DNA of 64,000 nt from Mobula hypostoma. Its lineage: Eukaryota. The position numbers and the translations under genes are program-made. The stretch lies in NCBI RefSeq assembly GCF_963921235.1, contig NC_086097.1, positions 209,934,001 to 209,998,000 on the forward strand, in the 5' to 3' direction. Positions 24,941 through 38,126 of the stretch are shown piece by piece. Positions within the stretch are counted from its first letter, which is position 1; each line of letters begins with the position of its first letter. The notes below the pieces were generated by a model. The model did no database searches. It was not told the origin of the DNA and saw nothing but the letters and a program-made list of their open reading frames with translations.

Positions 24941-26584
24941 AGCAGTATTTTGCTATTGCACTTCATGCAGCCATTTGTCTTTACTGCTATTTCTGCTTCT
25001 CTGAAGCAACATAAACAAGGTTCACAACTTCTTCAGAAAACTATCACAACTCCATTGCCTTTCTAAACATCTATGAATGTGAGCAAACTAGAAAAAAAAT
25101 TCAGGTGCACTAACCCATAAAGCATTTTGATGACAAAAGGAGATTTAAGTTAATACTCTTTCATGAAAGCGTCAAGAAACAGAAATCATCTAAGCCAAAA
25201 TTGTGTGAATTAGTACAATTGATGTCAACATTTTCCTCATAACTCATGCCACTGCACCGCTGGCATCTGTAGGAAATCGCCATGAATTAATCCTTAGCTT
25301 GGGGAAGGTGGTATATAATTGAAATAATGAAAACCTTCAGCAGATTATCTTGAAAGCAGTAGAGATCACGGAGGAAATTCACAACCAATGTTACAACACA
25401 GGCTGCATTTAATTAAGAAAAAAATTTCCTGGGAGACAGAAGGTGCCATATTCCTACACCAAAATGTTCCAGTATTTCTGCTTTTTATTTTTAACACAAC
25501 AGACCAGTTTTCATGATTCTACATTTGCTAGGGTAAACATTCTGTCAAGCTTTCTATTTTGCTATATGTGCTTTATCTTTTTTTTAAAGTGACACTCCAA
25601 AAATATTTATTTTGAATGGGAAACCAATCTTTCCCTTATTTAGAAAAGGATACTTTGTTGTATCCTTTGTTATACATTTGAAGAAAAAAGTATTCAGCTT
25701 CAGACTGGTTAAAGTATTCTGAAAAATTATCTTTGGTTGAAACCATTAGAATTCTGCTTTTGTGTTATGTTTCTTGTGTGCTTGTAATTAGACAACACAT
25801 TTACAAGCTCATCATAAGTTAGGAAAAGTCAAAAGAATTGCTGAGTTCAATATGTTGTTAACAATTGGAAAACAGATCTACACAGGAGAGGTGGTTAACA
25901 CAACAAAGCTGAAAGAATATCGATCTTAAAAATTGCTCAAATATAATTGCATCAGTTTTGCAGAAAGCAGACAGGAATTGTTCCTAGCTTGAAAAGCGCA
26001 ACCAGTATAATTCCTAAATATTTAACTGCTTTCACTTTTCTTCAAATTTGTCTTGAATTTATTACTGGATGTATTAGCATTTGAAAGATTAAAAAGGCTA
26101 ACAAGGTTATTACTAGGGCTTGAGAAATTTAGGATTATAAAGGTTTGGCTCAATGGGGGTGCTTAAGAACAGGAAAATGAGAGAACATTTGATTGTGCCC
26201 AAAATTGTGAGAACCCTCTACCAAATGAACCTTAACAGAACTGCCAATAACCTGATGGCATAGGCTTAAATTTATTCAGATAGTTAGTTGAACAATTCTT
26301 TTGCCCCACTTGAAGTTCAGTGAGTATGGGATTCTGGAAAGCTCAGACTGAAAGGACTGTGGAAGCAGTTACTTCTCTCACATTTAACAATTATTTGAAT
26401 AAGCACCTGACGTTCCAAAAGTCTCAGGGCCAAGAAATGGGAAGTGGGATTAATTTGAAGGGGACATTTTTGGGTGGTTTGGATACAAAGGCTTCCTTTT
26501 GTACTGCAAATTTCTATCAAGTTATGATAATAACTTCCTTAAAGAGATCTTGGCATATTGACTCCTTATAACCTATTTTCTCAT

Positions 26585-29140
26585 CATATTGCTTTCAACA
26601 GATTTGGAGAAATATTGTGACCAATATCAAAGAAGATACTAAAAGATTTTTTAAGTATATAAAGGGTAAAAAACAGTTGAGGGTAGATATAGGACCAATA
26701 GGAAATGATGCCTCGTGATGCTGGAGATATTGTAATGAGAGACGCTGAGATGGCAGAGGAACTGAATGTGTATTTTGCATCAGACTTTACAGTGGAAGAC
26801 ACTGCAGTATACCAGACATTCAAGAGTGTCAGGGAAGTGAAGTATGTGCAGTGAAAATTATGACTAAGAAGGTGCTCAGGAAGCTTAATGGTCTGAAGGT
26901 GGCTAAATCTCCTGGACCTGATGGAATGCACCCTCGGGTTCTGAAGGAAGTAGCTGGAGAGATTGCAGAGGCATTAACAATGATCTTTCAAGAATTGACA
27001 GATTCTGGCATTGTACCGAATGACCGCAAAATTGCAAATGTTACTCCACTATTTAAGAAGGGTGGGAGGCAGCAGGAAGGAATCTATATACCTGTTAGCC
27101 TGACATCAGTGGTTGGGAAGTTGTTGGAATTGATTGTTAGGGATGGGATTACAGAGTACCTAGAGGGACACAACAAGATAGGCCAAAGCCAGCATGATGT
27201 CCTGAAAGGAAAATCCTGCCTGACAAACCTACTGCAATTCTTCGAGGAAATTAAAGGCAGTGTAGACTAAGGAGATGCATTAGATGTGGTGTACTTGGAT
27301 TTTCAGAAGGCCTTTGACAAGGTGCCGCACATGAGGCTGGTTAGCAAGATAAGAACCCATGGAAGTTACTAGCATGGGTAGAGCATTGGCTGATCAGCAG
27401 AAAATAGAGAGTGGGAATAAAAGGATCCTATTCTGGCTGGCTGCCAGTTACTAATGGAGTTCCACAAGGATTGGTGTTGGGACCACTACTTTTTATGATG
27501 TATGTCAATGATTTGGACTATGGGATTAATAGATTTATGGCTAAATTTGCTGATGATACAAAGGTAGGTGGAGGAGCAGATAGTGCTGAGGAAACAGACA
27601 GCCCGCAGAGAGACAGAGATAGTTTAGGGGAATGGGTAAAGAAGCGGCAAATGAAATACAATGTTGGAAAGTGTACGGTCATGCACTTTGCTGGAAGAAA
27701 TAAACAGGCAGACTATTATTTAGATGGGGAGAGAATTCAAAATGCAGAAATGCAAAGGGACTTAGGAGTCTTTGTGCAGGATACCGTAATGGTTAATCTC
27801 CATGTTGAGTCGGTGGTGAAGAAGGCGAATGCAATGTTGGCATTCATTCCTAGAGGTACAGAATGTAAGAGCAGGGATGTGATGTTGAGGCTCTATTGAT
27901 AAAGTTTAAGGGAATGGGGGAATTCTCAGATTCCCGTAAACAATGGATTCAGTACTGTCTATGTCTGTGACTGCAGTGTGTTTGAACAATGTCTCACAGC
28001 TGCTTTCTTTGGAGCAAGAGAAGGGTTAAAATTTGCCCAGATCCACACAAGAGGTCTCTGGGCTTTACACACCTTTCGATTTTAACAAAAACCAGTACCT
28101 GATGGAAATTAGACAGAACATTCCTTTCTTAATTAAAGCATAAATTTGACGGCTGTTCTTATCTTTGTCATTAAGTTGTGGCTCCAGCAGACCAGGTAGG
28201 ACATTCCTTTCTTTAATTAAGGTGGCTGGAGTGACTAAAAAATTGATTGTACTTTTGTATCAATAGTTCATTGACTTGATGGGAATAGTTATCAAACTGA
28301 TTGTTCTCTGTATCAGTAGTCCATTGACTTGGCCTGAATGGTTATCAAACTGATTGTCCTTTTGTATCGATGGCTTTATAACTTCTGACAATTCTGACAT
28401 CAGGCAGTGAACTTGTAGAACCATCGGGGAGATGAAAAAGATTCTCTCCCTGATGTCGGGTCCAAGTTTACTCACCGGCTGAGCTCAAAGAAATAAACGG
28501 GTGAAAAGATAAGTAACGATCTTTTTGTGCTGTCGTTATTTGATCCAGCAAAGTTACGTTTACACTACAAGGCACTCGTGAGACTACACTTGGAGTATTG
28601 TGTGCCGTTTTGGGCTTCTTATTTTAGAAAGGATATACTGACATTGGAGAGGGTTCAGAGAAGATTTCCGAGAATTATTCCAGAAATGAAAGGGTTACCA
28701 TATGAGGAATGTCTGGCAGCTCTTGTATTCCCTGGAGTTCAGGAGAATGAGGGGGGAACTCACAGAAACATTCCGAATGTTAAAAGGCCTGAACAGATTA
28801 GATATGGCAAAGCTATTTCCCATGGTAGGGGAGTCCAGGACAAGAGGGCACGACTTCAGGACTGAAGGACGTCAATTTAGAACAGAGATGCAGGGAAATT
28901 ACTTTAGTCAGAGGGTGGTAAATCTGTGGAATTTGTTGCCACGAACATCTGTGGAGGCCAAGTCATTGTGTGTATTTAAGGCAGATAGCTAGATTCTTGA
29001 TTAGCCAGGACATCAAAGGGTACGGGGAGAAGGTAGGGGAGTGGAGATGACTGGAAGAATTGGATCAGCCCATGATTGAATGGTGGAGCAGACTCAATGG
29101 GCCGAATGGCCTACTTCTGCTCCTATATCTTATGATCTTA
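26585..29140 (+). mobile_element. CR1 LINE, long 3' portion with RT, split by a solo LTR
   Basis: ORFs 26851-27270 (KSPGPDG, PVSLTSVVGK), 27411-27899 (GVPQG, FADDTK), 28527-28992; tail tcttatgatctta. Confidence 0.9.
27897..28564 (+). mobile_element. Solo LTR (668 bp) with internal tandem repeats
   Basis: TGATAA...TTACA ends; flanks ctat/ctac. It interrupts CR1 exactly at LRLY|KALV. AATAAA at about 28492. Confidence 0.75.
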
Positions 29141-29396
29141 TCACAATATTTGAAATTTATCAGGCTATATCAAATTCAAGCTTAACCATGCCATTATTTT
29201 CTATACATTTCAAAACAAAAATTAGAACAGGAAACAGTTAAAATATACAGGCTTGGTATATTGATATTAGTATGACAATTTACATTTCATGTATAGTAAT
29301 TTCAGCTTCTGTAAAATAAGTGCCAGTGACGTTATACTGTATCGTTTGTAAACCATAAAAATCCAGCAAGAATGAACAGAAATAGAAGAAATGTAC

Positions 29397-29564
29397 CTGG
29401 TAACTTAAAAAGGAAATGGTCAGCTACAGAATGGCAGGTTCTTCCTTTCTGGATAATTACTCGAGCTAAGAAATAGTAATAGTCCACAGGTATGGCTCCA
29501 TGATAATAAACAATCAGGGCAGGTCCTGCATGAGGGATTTTTTCCAATCCGTGAACTTCATAAC
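29397..29564 (-). CDS. TMEM68: TMEM68 coding exon 2 with the catalytic HGAIPVD motif
   Basis: Acceptor ttccttag|GT, donor CCAG|gtacat; 168 nt. Peptide GYEVHGLEKIPHAGPALIVYYHGAIPVDYYYF...VADHFLFKLP. Confidence 0.96.
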
Positions 29565-30142
29565 CTAAGGAAAAGTGGTAAAGAGTTAGTTTAAATGGTA
29601 AAGGATTCATGCATTTTATGGTAGAGAGTACAAAATTATACAAGCTACAGTATAATTATGTTATTTTATGTTGACTGTTCAAAAAAGAAAATTGCTAAAG
29701 ATTCTGATTACAGCAAACATTCAGTCATATAAGCTAGAAAAAGCAAATGAGCATTAAACTGCTGTCTGAAATCTTCCATCTGTCTCTAACCTACCAGCTG
29801 ATCTATGTACCTCCACGTTCTTAAGACATTATCCTTTCCTTCTACAATTCTACCCTTCTTCATGTAGTCAAGCTTATTTAACAAACCGCAGACGTCATTA
29901 TCCAAGTCATTTATATGAACAAATAATTATTTTCATACATTAGTCTTATTATCAATTTCTTAGTTTTAGATGCATTGTTCCCATTTAAACTTGCCAAGCA
30001 AATCAAGAAAGCAGTGCCTACTATATATTAATTTATAATTATCCAAGTATATGAAGAATTTACCACTGCAAGGTGAAAATGCATCAATCACCTCTCTTTA
30101 GTGGATGATGGTTATGGGTATAACAAACCCATTACTTTAACC

Positions 30143-30600
30143 AAAGTTCAAAATAAATCTATTTTCACTATATACAACTCTCAGATTCATTTTCCTGTGG
30201 GTATACTCAGCAAATCTATAGAATAGTAACTATAACAGGACTAATGAAAGACAACAAACTATGCAAATACAATATAAACAAATAAATAGCAATAAATAAC
30301 GAAAACTGGAAATAATAAGATAAAGAGTCCTTGAAGTGAGATCATTGGTTGTGAGAACATCTCACTGGATGGGCAAGTGAGTGTAGTTATCCCTTTTGAT
30401 CAAGAGCCTGATGGTTGAGGGGTAGTAACTGGTCTTGACCTGGTGGTGTGAGTCCTCAGGCTCCTCTACCTTCTACTTGATGGCAGCAGCAAGCAAAGAG
30501 CATGGCCTGGGTGGTGAGGATCTCTAATAATGGATACTCCTTGTCTACAACAGCTTTCCATGTAGATGTGCTCAATGGTTGGAAGGACTTTACCTGTGTT
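30143..30600 (-). mobile_element. Rex1/Babar-like LINE 3' end
   Basis: Collinear with the copy at 22365-22860 (caagagcctgatggttgagg...cctggtggtgtgagtcct). Confidence 0.7.
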
Positions 30601-30619
30601 TAAGCCTAAATGCCTGAAA

Positions 30620-30927
30620 CCACGGTGAGCAAAACAATTATGAATTTTCTTACTGCTTATTGCTCATCAACTATCAGTGATAAAAATCACTGCTTTTTGA
30701 ACACAAACACACATAACTGGCGCTATTTAAAAACTGTTCATTCTAAGCACAGTGTACTGTTTAATTGATACACAAGTGCACATAACTGACACCGGTTAGA
30801 AACTTCAGCAACAGTCTCCTGTCAGAATTAAGTGACACTGTGTCGCAAATAAAAGAAATGAATCCCGGCTAATTTCTCGACCAGTTTTTGTTCTTTAAGA
30901 GTTGTTCCAATAACCGGAATCCACTGT
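30620..30927. mobile_element. DNA transposon end fragment (Tc1/pogo-type TIR)
   Basis: Ends ccaataaccggaatccactg followed by TA. The opposite end was not found. Confidence 0.4.
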
Positions 30928-32590
30928 ATATACAGTATATAAAAAATATATATGTTCATTGCCCGATCAGAAATCTGTTGGCAAAAGGGAAGATGATGTT
31001 CCTAAAACATTGACTGTGTGTCTTCAGTTTCCTGCTCGTCCCTCCTGATAGCAGCAATGAGGACAATACGTGCCCTGTGTTATTGGGTCCTTAATGATAG
31101 ATGCTGCCTTTTTGTGGCATTGCCTTTTCTTTTCAACATTTTTATTAGTTTCTACATAGAAGAATACAGGGTACAAGAAAGCATATATAAAAAGTCACAA
31201 AAGATAAGAAAAAACTACCAATTACATTATATCTATTCATAATAACAATCTCATTACCTAGTATTCACGTAGGTTAGTCAATAGTTATATTGAAATATAC
31301 TAATTTATTACAAAAAAAAAGTCTAACCCCTACCAAGACTGAAGCTGTTTATTAAGGAGAAAAAAAGGCAAAATACCTTCTCGTATAGTAAAAATCAATA
31401 ATAGCCAACATCTAAATTTAAACAACGAATTGAGGGTTTTGAAAGTTTTGAAAATAATTCGGAAAGGGTCCCCACAATATTTGAAAGTCTTGACGAGATT
31501 CAGAAATTGAACAACGAATCTTGTCTAAATCTAAGCATGACATAACATCGCATAACCATTGAGCATGAGTAGGAGGAGAAACATCTTTCCATTTAAACAA
31601 AAGCACCCTCCTAGCTATAAGAGAGCTAAAGGCCAAAATATGTAAATCAGATGTCTTCAGCTTGATATCTTGTCCTGCAACAATACCAAATAGGGCCATC
31701 AGAGCATTAGGCTTAAAATTGACTTTGAAAAGTATAGAAAAAGTTTGAAAAACTTCCCTCCAATATTTTTCAAGACATGGACAAGTCCAAAACATATGAA
31801 TTAATGAAGCTTCTCTCCATTATTACATCTTTCACAGTGGGGAGATATATCTGAATAAAAACGAGATAGCTTATCTTTAGTCATATGGGCTCTATGTACC
31901 ACCTCAAATTATATGAGGGAACAGCAAGCACATAGTGATGAAGTATTAACCAGTTTAAAAATTTCATACCAAGTTTCCCCAGATATTGATGTCTGTAAAT
32001 CTTGTTCCCAGAGATTCTTAATTTTGTCTAAAGGAACATTCCTCGTCTCCAATAACATACCATAAATATTAGATATTGAACCGTTATGAAAAGTTGTCAA
32101 ATTAAAAATTACATCTAGTAAGTTCTTACCTGAGCTTATAGGAAATGTGCATAATTGAGATCTTAGAAAGTCTCTGATTTGTAGATATCTAAAAAAGTGA
32201 GTTTTGGGTAAGCTATATTTAGTTGACAATTGCTCAAATGAAAAAAGATTTCCTCCAACAAACAGATCCCCAAAACATTTAATACTCAACCAGTCCATTC
32301 TTTAAAAATTAAATCAGTCATGGAGGGTTTAAAAAAAAATTAGAATAAATGGGACTAGAAAGGGAAAATCTCAATAAACCAAAATGTTTTCTAAATTGTA
32401 TCCAGATCCTGAGTATGTTTAACTATTAGATTATCAGTTAGTTTACTTACAAATAAAGGAAGTGAGGATCCAAGAAGAGAAATAATAGAAAATTTATTAA
32501 CAGTGTTAGTTTCTAAAGAAACCCATACCAGACAGTCTACACGATTAAATATAATATAGCCAAAATGTAAGATATTGTATATTAACTGCC

Positions 32591-34681
32591 TGTGGCGGCT
32601 CGCCCATGCAGCAAGTGAACCGGCTACAGCAGTCGCTGGCGAGCCCACAGCCAGCGGCAACCAAGAGGACTGTGAGTGCGGGGCAGACCTCGGCCCGGAA
32701 GCCGACGTTGCTTCTGCCCCGCAAAAAGCGGGGGTTGATGGGAGCGGGTTACTTAAGTACGCGCCAATTCAAACAGTGAACAGTTCAACCCGACCCTGCT
32801 TTATATATAATTTTTTTTTATTAAATTTTCAAAAAGAATACATGAAAAGATAAAATCTACCCCCTCCTCCCCTTAACCCTCCCCCCCCCATATATAGTCC
32901 TACCTAAAAGAAAAAAAAGAAAAAAAAAAGAAGAGCCACCTGGGTATTGGAAGGTTTCCACACGCTCCATGGGATTCAAAATAAATTTGGTATAATTATT
33001 CGTTACTTTCCCCAAGTAACCAAATTCTTTGTCGGAGCACTTAAATATGACATCCTATCTTTTGTAAATAAGGGCGCCAAATATTCAAGAATGTTACATA
33101 ATTATCTCTTAAATTATAAGTAATTTTTTCAAGTGGAATAGAACTAGCCATTTCATTATTCCAACGATCCATACTTAAATACGAATCAGATTTCCAAGTA
33201 ACTGCTATAGTCTTCTTAGCTACTGCCAATGCAATTTTTATAAATTCTTTCTGATATTTATTCAATTTAAGTTTCGGTTTTATCCCTTCAATATCACCTA
33301 ATAGAAATAATACAGGGTTATGTGGAAGTTGAATTCCAGTGATTTGTTCCAATAAGATTCATAAATTTATCCAAAAGGGTTGAATTTTAAAACAAGACCA
33401 AGTAGAATGTAGAAAAGTACCAATTTCTTGATTACACCGAAAACATTTATCAGATATATTTGAATTTAATCTATTTATTTTTTGTGGTGTAATATATAAT
33501 TGGTGTAAAAATTATATTGTACTAATCTAAGTCGAACATTTATTGTATTTGTCATACTGTCCAGACAAAGTCTTGACCAATTTATTTCATCAATATTAAT
33601 ATTCAGATCTGTTTCCCATTTTTGCTTTGACTTATGGGTTCCTTGTTTAATTGTCTGTTTCTGTTAGGTGTGTTTCCTGTAAAAAAGCTAAATCTATCTT
33701 CATTTTTTTAATATATGTTAAGATTCTTTTTCTTTTCACTGGTCCATTAAGCCCATTAACATTAAAACTCAAAAAATTTAATAAATTAGTCATTATTCTT
33801 AACAAAGTTACTCCAATCTAAAACATTACTTATCTTCTCAACTCTCATAGTTCCTTGGGGAATCTCTTTAAACTTCACCATGATGCTATGTGTTCTCCCC
33901 CCAACCTTCCAGGCAAAAAGAGAAAAAAAAAGATAGAAAAAAAAGAAAAAACAAAATACCCCCCCCACTAATGTTGTGAATGAAAAGATACACAACACTA
34001 CCCCCCTCCATTTTACGGGTCGCGGCAAAAGCCACGCTTGCACACATGATTAACGTAGCAATTGATCAGTGCTTCTTCCAGCTCCCCCGCAACAAAAAAA
34101 GTTATATATATATATAGACAAAATTAGTATTATTATTCCCAGATAATTTCCTCCAGTATTAACCTTTCTTACCCCCCTCATATAATACTACATTTATACA
34201 TTCATCCAGCTTCAAAAATCCAACAAATCCATTCTTAAGCCCAAACCCGACCCTGCTTGACTACATTGGTGACCCCGACATGATTCGAACATGCAGCCAC
34301 CCAGGGACCTTCAACAGAGCAAGTATGTTTTCGTTCGCCAAGGCGCGCACAGACCACCCCTGCAGCGACCATACGAGGGACCCTACAAGGTGGTATGCCA
34401 TAATGGAGCGACCTGAGTTCTCGACATCGGTGGTCGGGATGAGACTTTTACCATTGACCATCTCAAACCTGTGCATCTAGACCTTGAACGCCCAGTTGCG
34501 GTACCACCCCCACGACGTCGAGGCCGGCCACCTAAAAGAACTGAGAGTGTGCAGGCTGTGGACTCTGCACCTCCTATCGCCGGTTCTGGGGGGGTGGGGT
34601 CACGTGGTGGCTCGCCCATGCAGCAAGCGAACCAGCTCCAGCAGTCGTCGGCGAGCCCACAGCCAGCGGCAACCGAGAGGA
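32591..34681 (+). mobile_element. Internally deleted Gypsy-type LTR element nested in the L1
   Basis: 5' LTR tgtggcggctcg (32591) to gactaca (34265), PBS tggtgaccccgac (34267-34279), integrase C-terminus (PPLQRPYEGPYKV...FTIDHLKP), G-rich PPT at about 34587-34600, truncated 3' LTR 34603-34681. Confidence 0.8.
32802..34243 (-). mobile_element. Second L1 subfamily, internally deleted, inserted in the 5' LTR above
   Basis: 15-bp TSD aacccgaccctgctt at 32787-32801 and 34244-34258. ORF2 start MTNLLNFLSFNVNGLNGPVKRKR...FLQETHL (ATG at 33793) is joined directly to the ORF2 C-terminus near 33660. Confidence 0.82.
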
Positions 34682-37268
34682 GAGATCAAAAAGCAAAGGA
34701 CTCAACGGACAGCCTTGTCTAGTTCTGCGGTGAAGTTTAAATGGTTTGGAATTTTGGAAATTAATAAGAACTCGAGCAGGAGATATATAAAGTAATTTAA
34801 GCCATTGAATAAAGTCTGGCCCAAAATTACATTTTTCTAAGGTTTTAAATAAATAATTCCATTCAACCCGATTGAAGGCCTTCTCAGCATCTAAGGATAT
34901 CACACATTCCGATATCTCCTGAGAAGGAGAGTAAATAACATTTAATACACAGAGTATATTAAAATTGGAATGTCAGTTTTTAATAAATCCAGTCTGATCA
35001 TCAGAAATAATAGAAGGTAAAATATTTTCAATCCAACGAGCCAGAACTTTAGAGAGAATTTTAGTATCAACATTGAGTAATGAAATTGGCCTATATGAAG
35101 AGCATTCAGTTGGGTCCTTGTTCTTTTTTAGGATAAGCGAAATAGAAGCTTCATAAAAAGATTGAGGTAAACTATCCAATTTGAAAGAATCCGAAAAGAG
35201 TAAGTGTAACTGCGGTTTAATTAATGAAGAAAAAGCCTTATAAAATTCTCCAGAAAATTCATCTGGACCTGGAGCCTTCCCCGAGTGTAATGAACGCACA
35301 GCCTCGGCGATTTCCTCGTAAGAAATGGGTTGATCCATCTGTTTGCAATTATCTGCAGAAAGTGCAGGGATATTTAATTGATCTAGAAAATTGTTCATTA
35401 CAGTATTATCTTCAGGGGAATCAGAACTATAAAGTTTAGAATAGAATTCTCTAAAGGTATCATTTATTTCAGAGTAATCAGTTGTCCTATCGCCATTAGT
35501 TTTGCAAAATTTCTTTAATTTGTCATTTAACTACAGAAGTTTTTAATTGGTTGGCCAATATTTTGCCTGATTTATCTCCATGAATGTAAAACTGAGTTTT
35601 ATCTTTAAGAAGTTGAGTTTCAATTGGATATGTTAACAGAAAATCATATTTAATTTTAACTTCAACATGTCTTTTATATAAAACAGGATCTGGAGTTATA
35701 GCATATTTTTGATCTAATTGTTTCAATTAATTGGCTAATTCAATTCTTTCTTTATTAGCTTTATTCTTAACACTTGCAGTATAAGAAATAATTTGTCTTC
35801 CAATCTAGGCTTTGAAAGTATCCCACACAATAAGATTAGATGTCTCTTCCTTTTTATTCTCTTCAAAAAACAAAATAATATGTTTCTCTAGAAATTTAAA
35901 AAATTCATTATCAGGTAACAAAGTTGTATTAAAACGCCAAAATCTGTTGGTTTGAGGAAAACCAGGGAGTTTTAAAGATAGAAATATAGGAGCACGATCT
36001 GAAAGAGCAATCTCTTTATATTCACAGGAATGAACTGATGAAATCATTTGACTATCAATAAAAAAAATCAATCCTGGAATATGTATGATGAACATAGGGG
36101 GAAAAAAAACAAATACTCCCTATCTAAAGGATGTAAAAAACGCCAAACATCAACTATACCACACTTCAATAAAAAGGATTGAATAAACAAAGCTGATTTA
36201 TTAAGAGATGCTGGTCTAGAAGATGATCAGTCCAAAATTGGATCTAGCCAACAGTTAAAATCTCCTCCCATCACCAAAGAATAAACATTCAGATCGGTAA
36301 AAACAAAAAAAAATGCTCGAAGAATCCTGGATCATCTACATTTGGGGCATACGCATTGACAAATACTATTAATTTATCTAGTTTTCCTGAAACTATAACA
36401 AAACATCTATAAAAATCGAAACTCCTCTAGATTTGGCCTGAAAAGGAGAGTGAAAACAAAGTCCGTTCTAACAGCTAAAAAAATGTAGATTATCACATTT
36501 GCATATGTGAGTTTTTGTAAAAACAAATGGGGACCTTAAATTTCTTAATATAAGCAAAAATCTTATTACGTTTAATAGGGTGAATTAACCCTTTTTCGTT
36601 AAAACTAAGTAAATTAATAGTTTGGTCCATTTTTAATATTATTTAAAGGAAGGGTTAAAATGGAAATTAAAAACCAAGCCATAAACTTTGAGAAATGGTA
36701 ACCAAGCAACAAGGCTAAAAATTTGAAAACAGCTTCTGGGAAAAAAAACCATACCCTCACCCACGTCCCAAAGAAAAACAAACTGACCAATAGAAAGTCA
36801 GCATCTATAACTACGGACAACACCCCAAAAAACCTGGTGATCGCTCCAATTAGTTTCAAGGTTATTTATATTCCAACCTAGACTAAACTATATCCAAACA
36901 AGAGATTCAATTCTCGTATATCAAAAAGGCAGTATTAAAAAATATGAAAGGAAATTAGTTACAAAGGTTTACCAAAGTAAAAGATATAATTATTCATACA
37001 GAAAGACATTAAGCATTAATCTTATATCTTCATGGAAAAGCAGACTAAGCAGTTAGCCTTCAAATTTAAAAAATCTTTATGCTTCAGCATTCAAACGAAA
37101 CTATTCAAAGGATCCATCTTAATTGGATTCTCAGTCAAACTGGGTAGTCAAGAGGCGGGTTAAAATCCTTATTTAAAAAATTCCAGCAGAGCTTGTTTAA
37201 ACTTAGCACGTTCCTGCATAACCTCAAGCGAATAGTCTTCAAAAATCTTAACATCCCGCCCTATAACC

Positions 37269-38126
37269 TGTTACATACCTCAAGGAATCTTGTGACTTTC
37301 TTGTGAGAATGATGTAATGGTCTTTTGGAGGTCACCTGATGTAATTTTCCCACCAATGTGAGGTCACGTGGTGACATATTCACCACGGGTATAAAAAGGG
37401 GAAGACCCCTGGTGACGCAGTTAGTTTTTTCCAGTTAGATCGTCAGTGAGATACTCAGCTCCGCTGCGTATTTGCATTATGACGCAGCTTTGATTTTAAA
37501 TGGAGATTTATGCTCTAATGTAAGGTACAGAAGTCTGAGCCAGCAGTTTGACAATGGCTGGTAGGTTTGTTAATGTATCTTTTCAGTAACATTGGAAAGT
37601 GAAGATGGGACCCTGAAGGAGACGTTCGACGGGTTTGGAAAGGATCGACCATTACTGAATTTGTTCAAGAAAGGGTGATCTGCATGAGATAGCCTCTGCT
37701 AAAAGTGGCAGAAAGGCTGTGCAGGATCTCTTACACGGAGGAGGAAGGTCATTGCCTTTAAAACTGTTTTATTCCCATTGTCATGAATTCTGTGGATAAG
37801 GCAGGATCCAACTGGGAGTGGCAGTGACGCCGTATCTTCAAGGAATTTGTTACTTCATGAAAATCTCTTCTAATTGACTATATAAATCTCTTGGACTTTA
37901 AAATTTACCATTGAAAGAACTGTGCTTGAATTTATCACTTTAAGAACTGGTTTCGCATTATCGCTTTAAGAAATAGTACTGAGTAGTGGTTTACTGAATG
38001 GCCGCATAGCCATTTACTTCCAGTTAGGGTTTTCATTTTTTTTTTCATTGTTTATCAGGGTTTAATAAATGTTTATTTGTTTATAAATCCTGACTCGAGA
38101 TATTCATTGTTGCTGATCACGTGACA
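37269..38126 (+). mobile_element. Solo LTR (858 bp)
   Basis: TGTTAC...GTGACA ends; AACC TSD at 37265-37268 and 38127-38130; TATAAAA at about 37390 and AATAAA at about 38065. Confidence 0.9.

Noticed and set aside
28240..28370. Spaced repeats resembling a CRISPR array
   Set aside because: They are degenerate tandem units inside a eukaryotic LTR, with no unique spacers and no cas genes.
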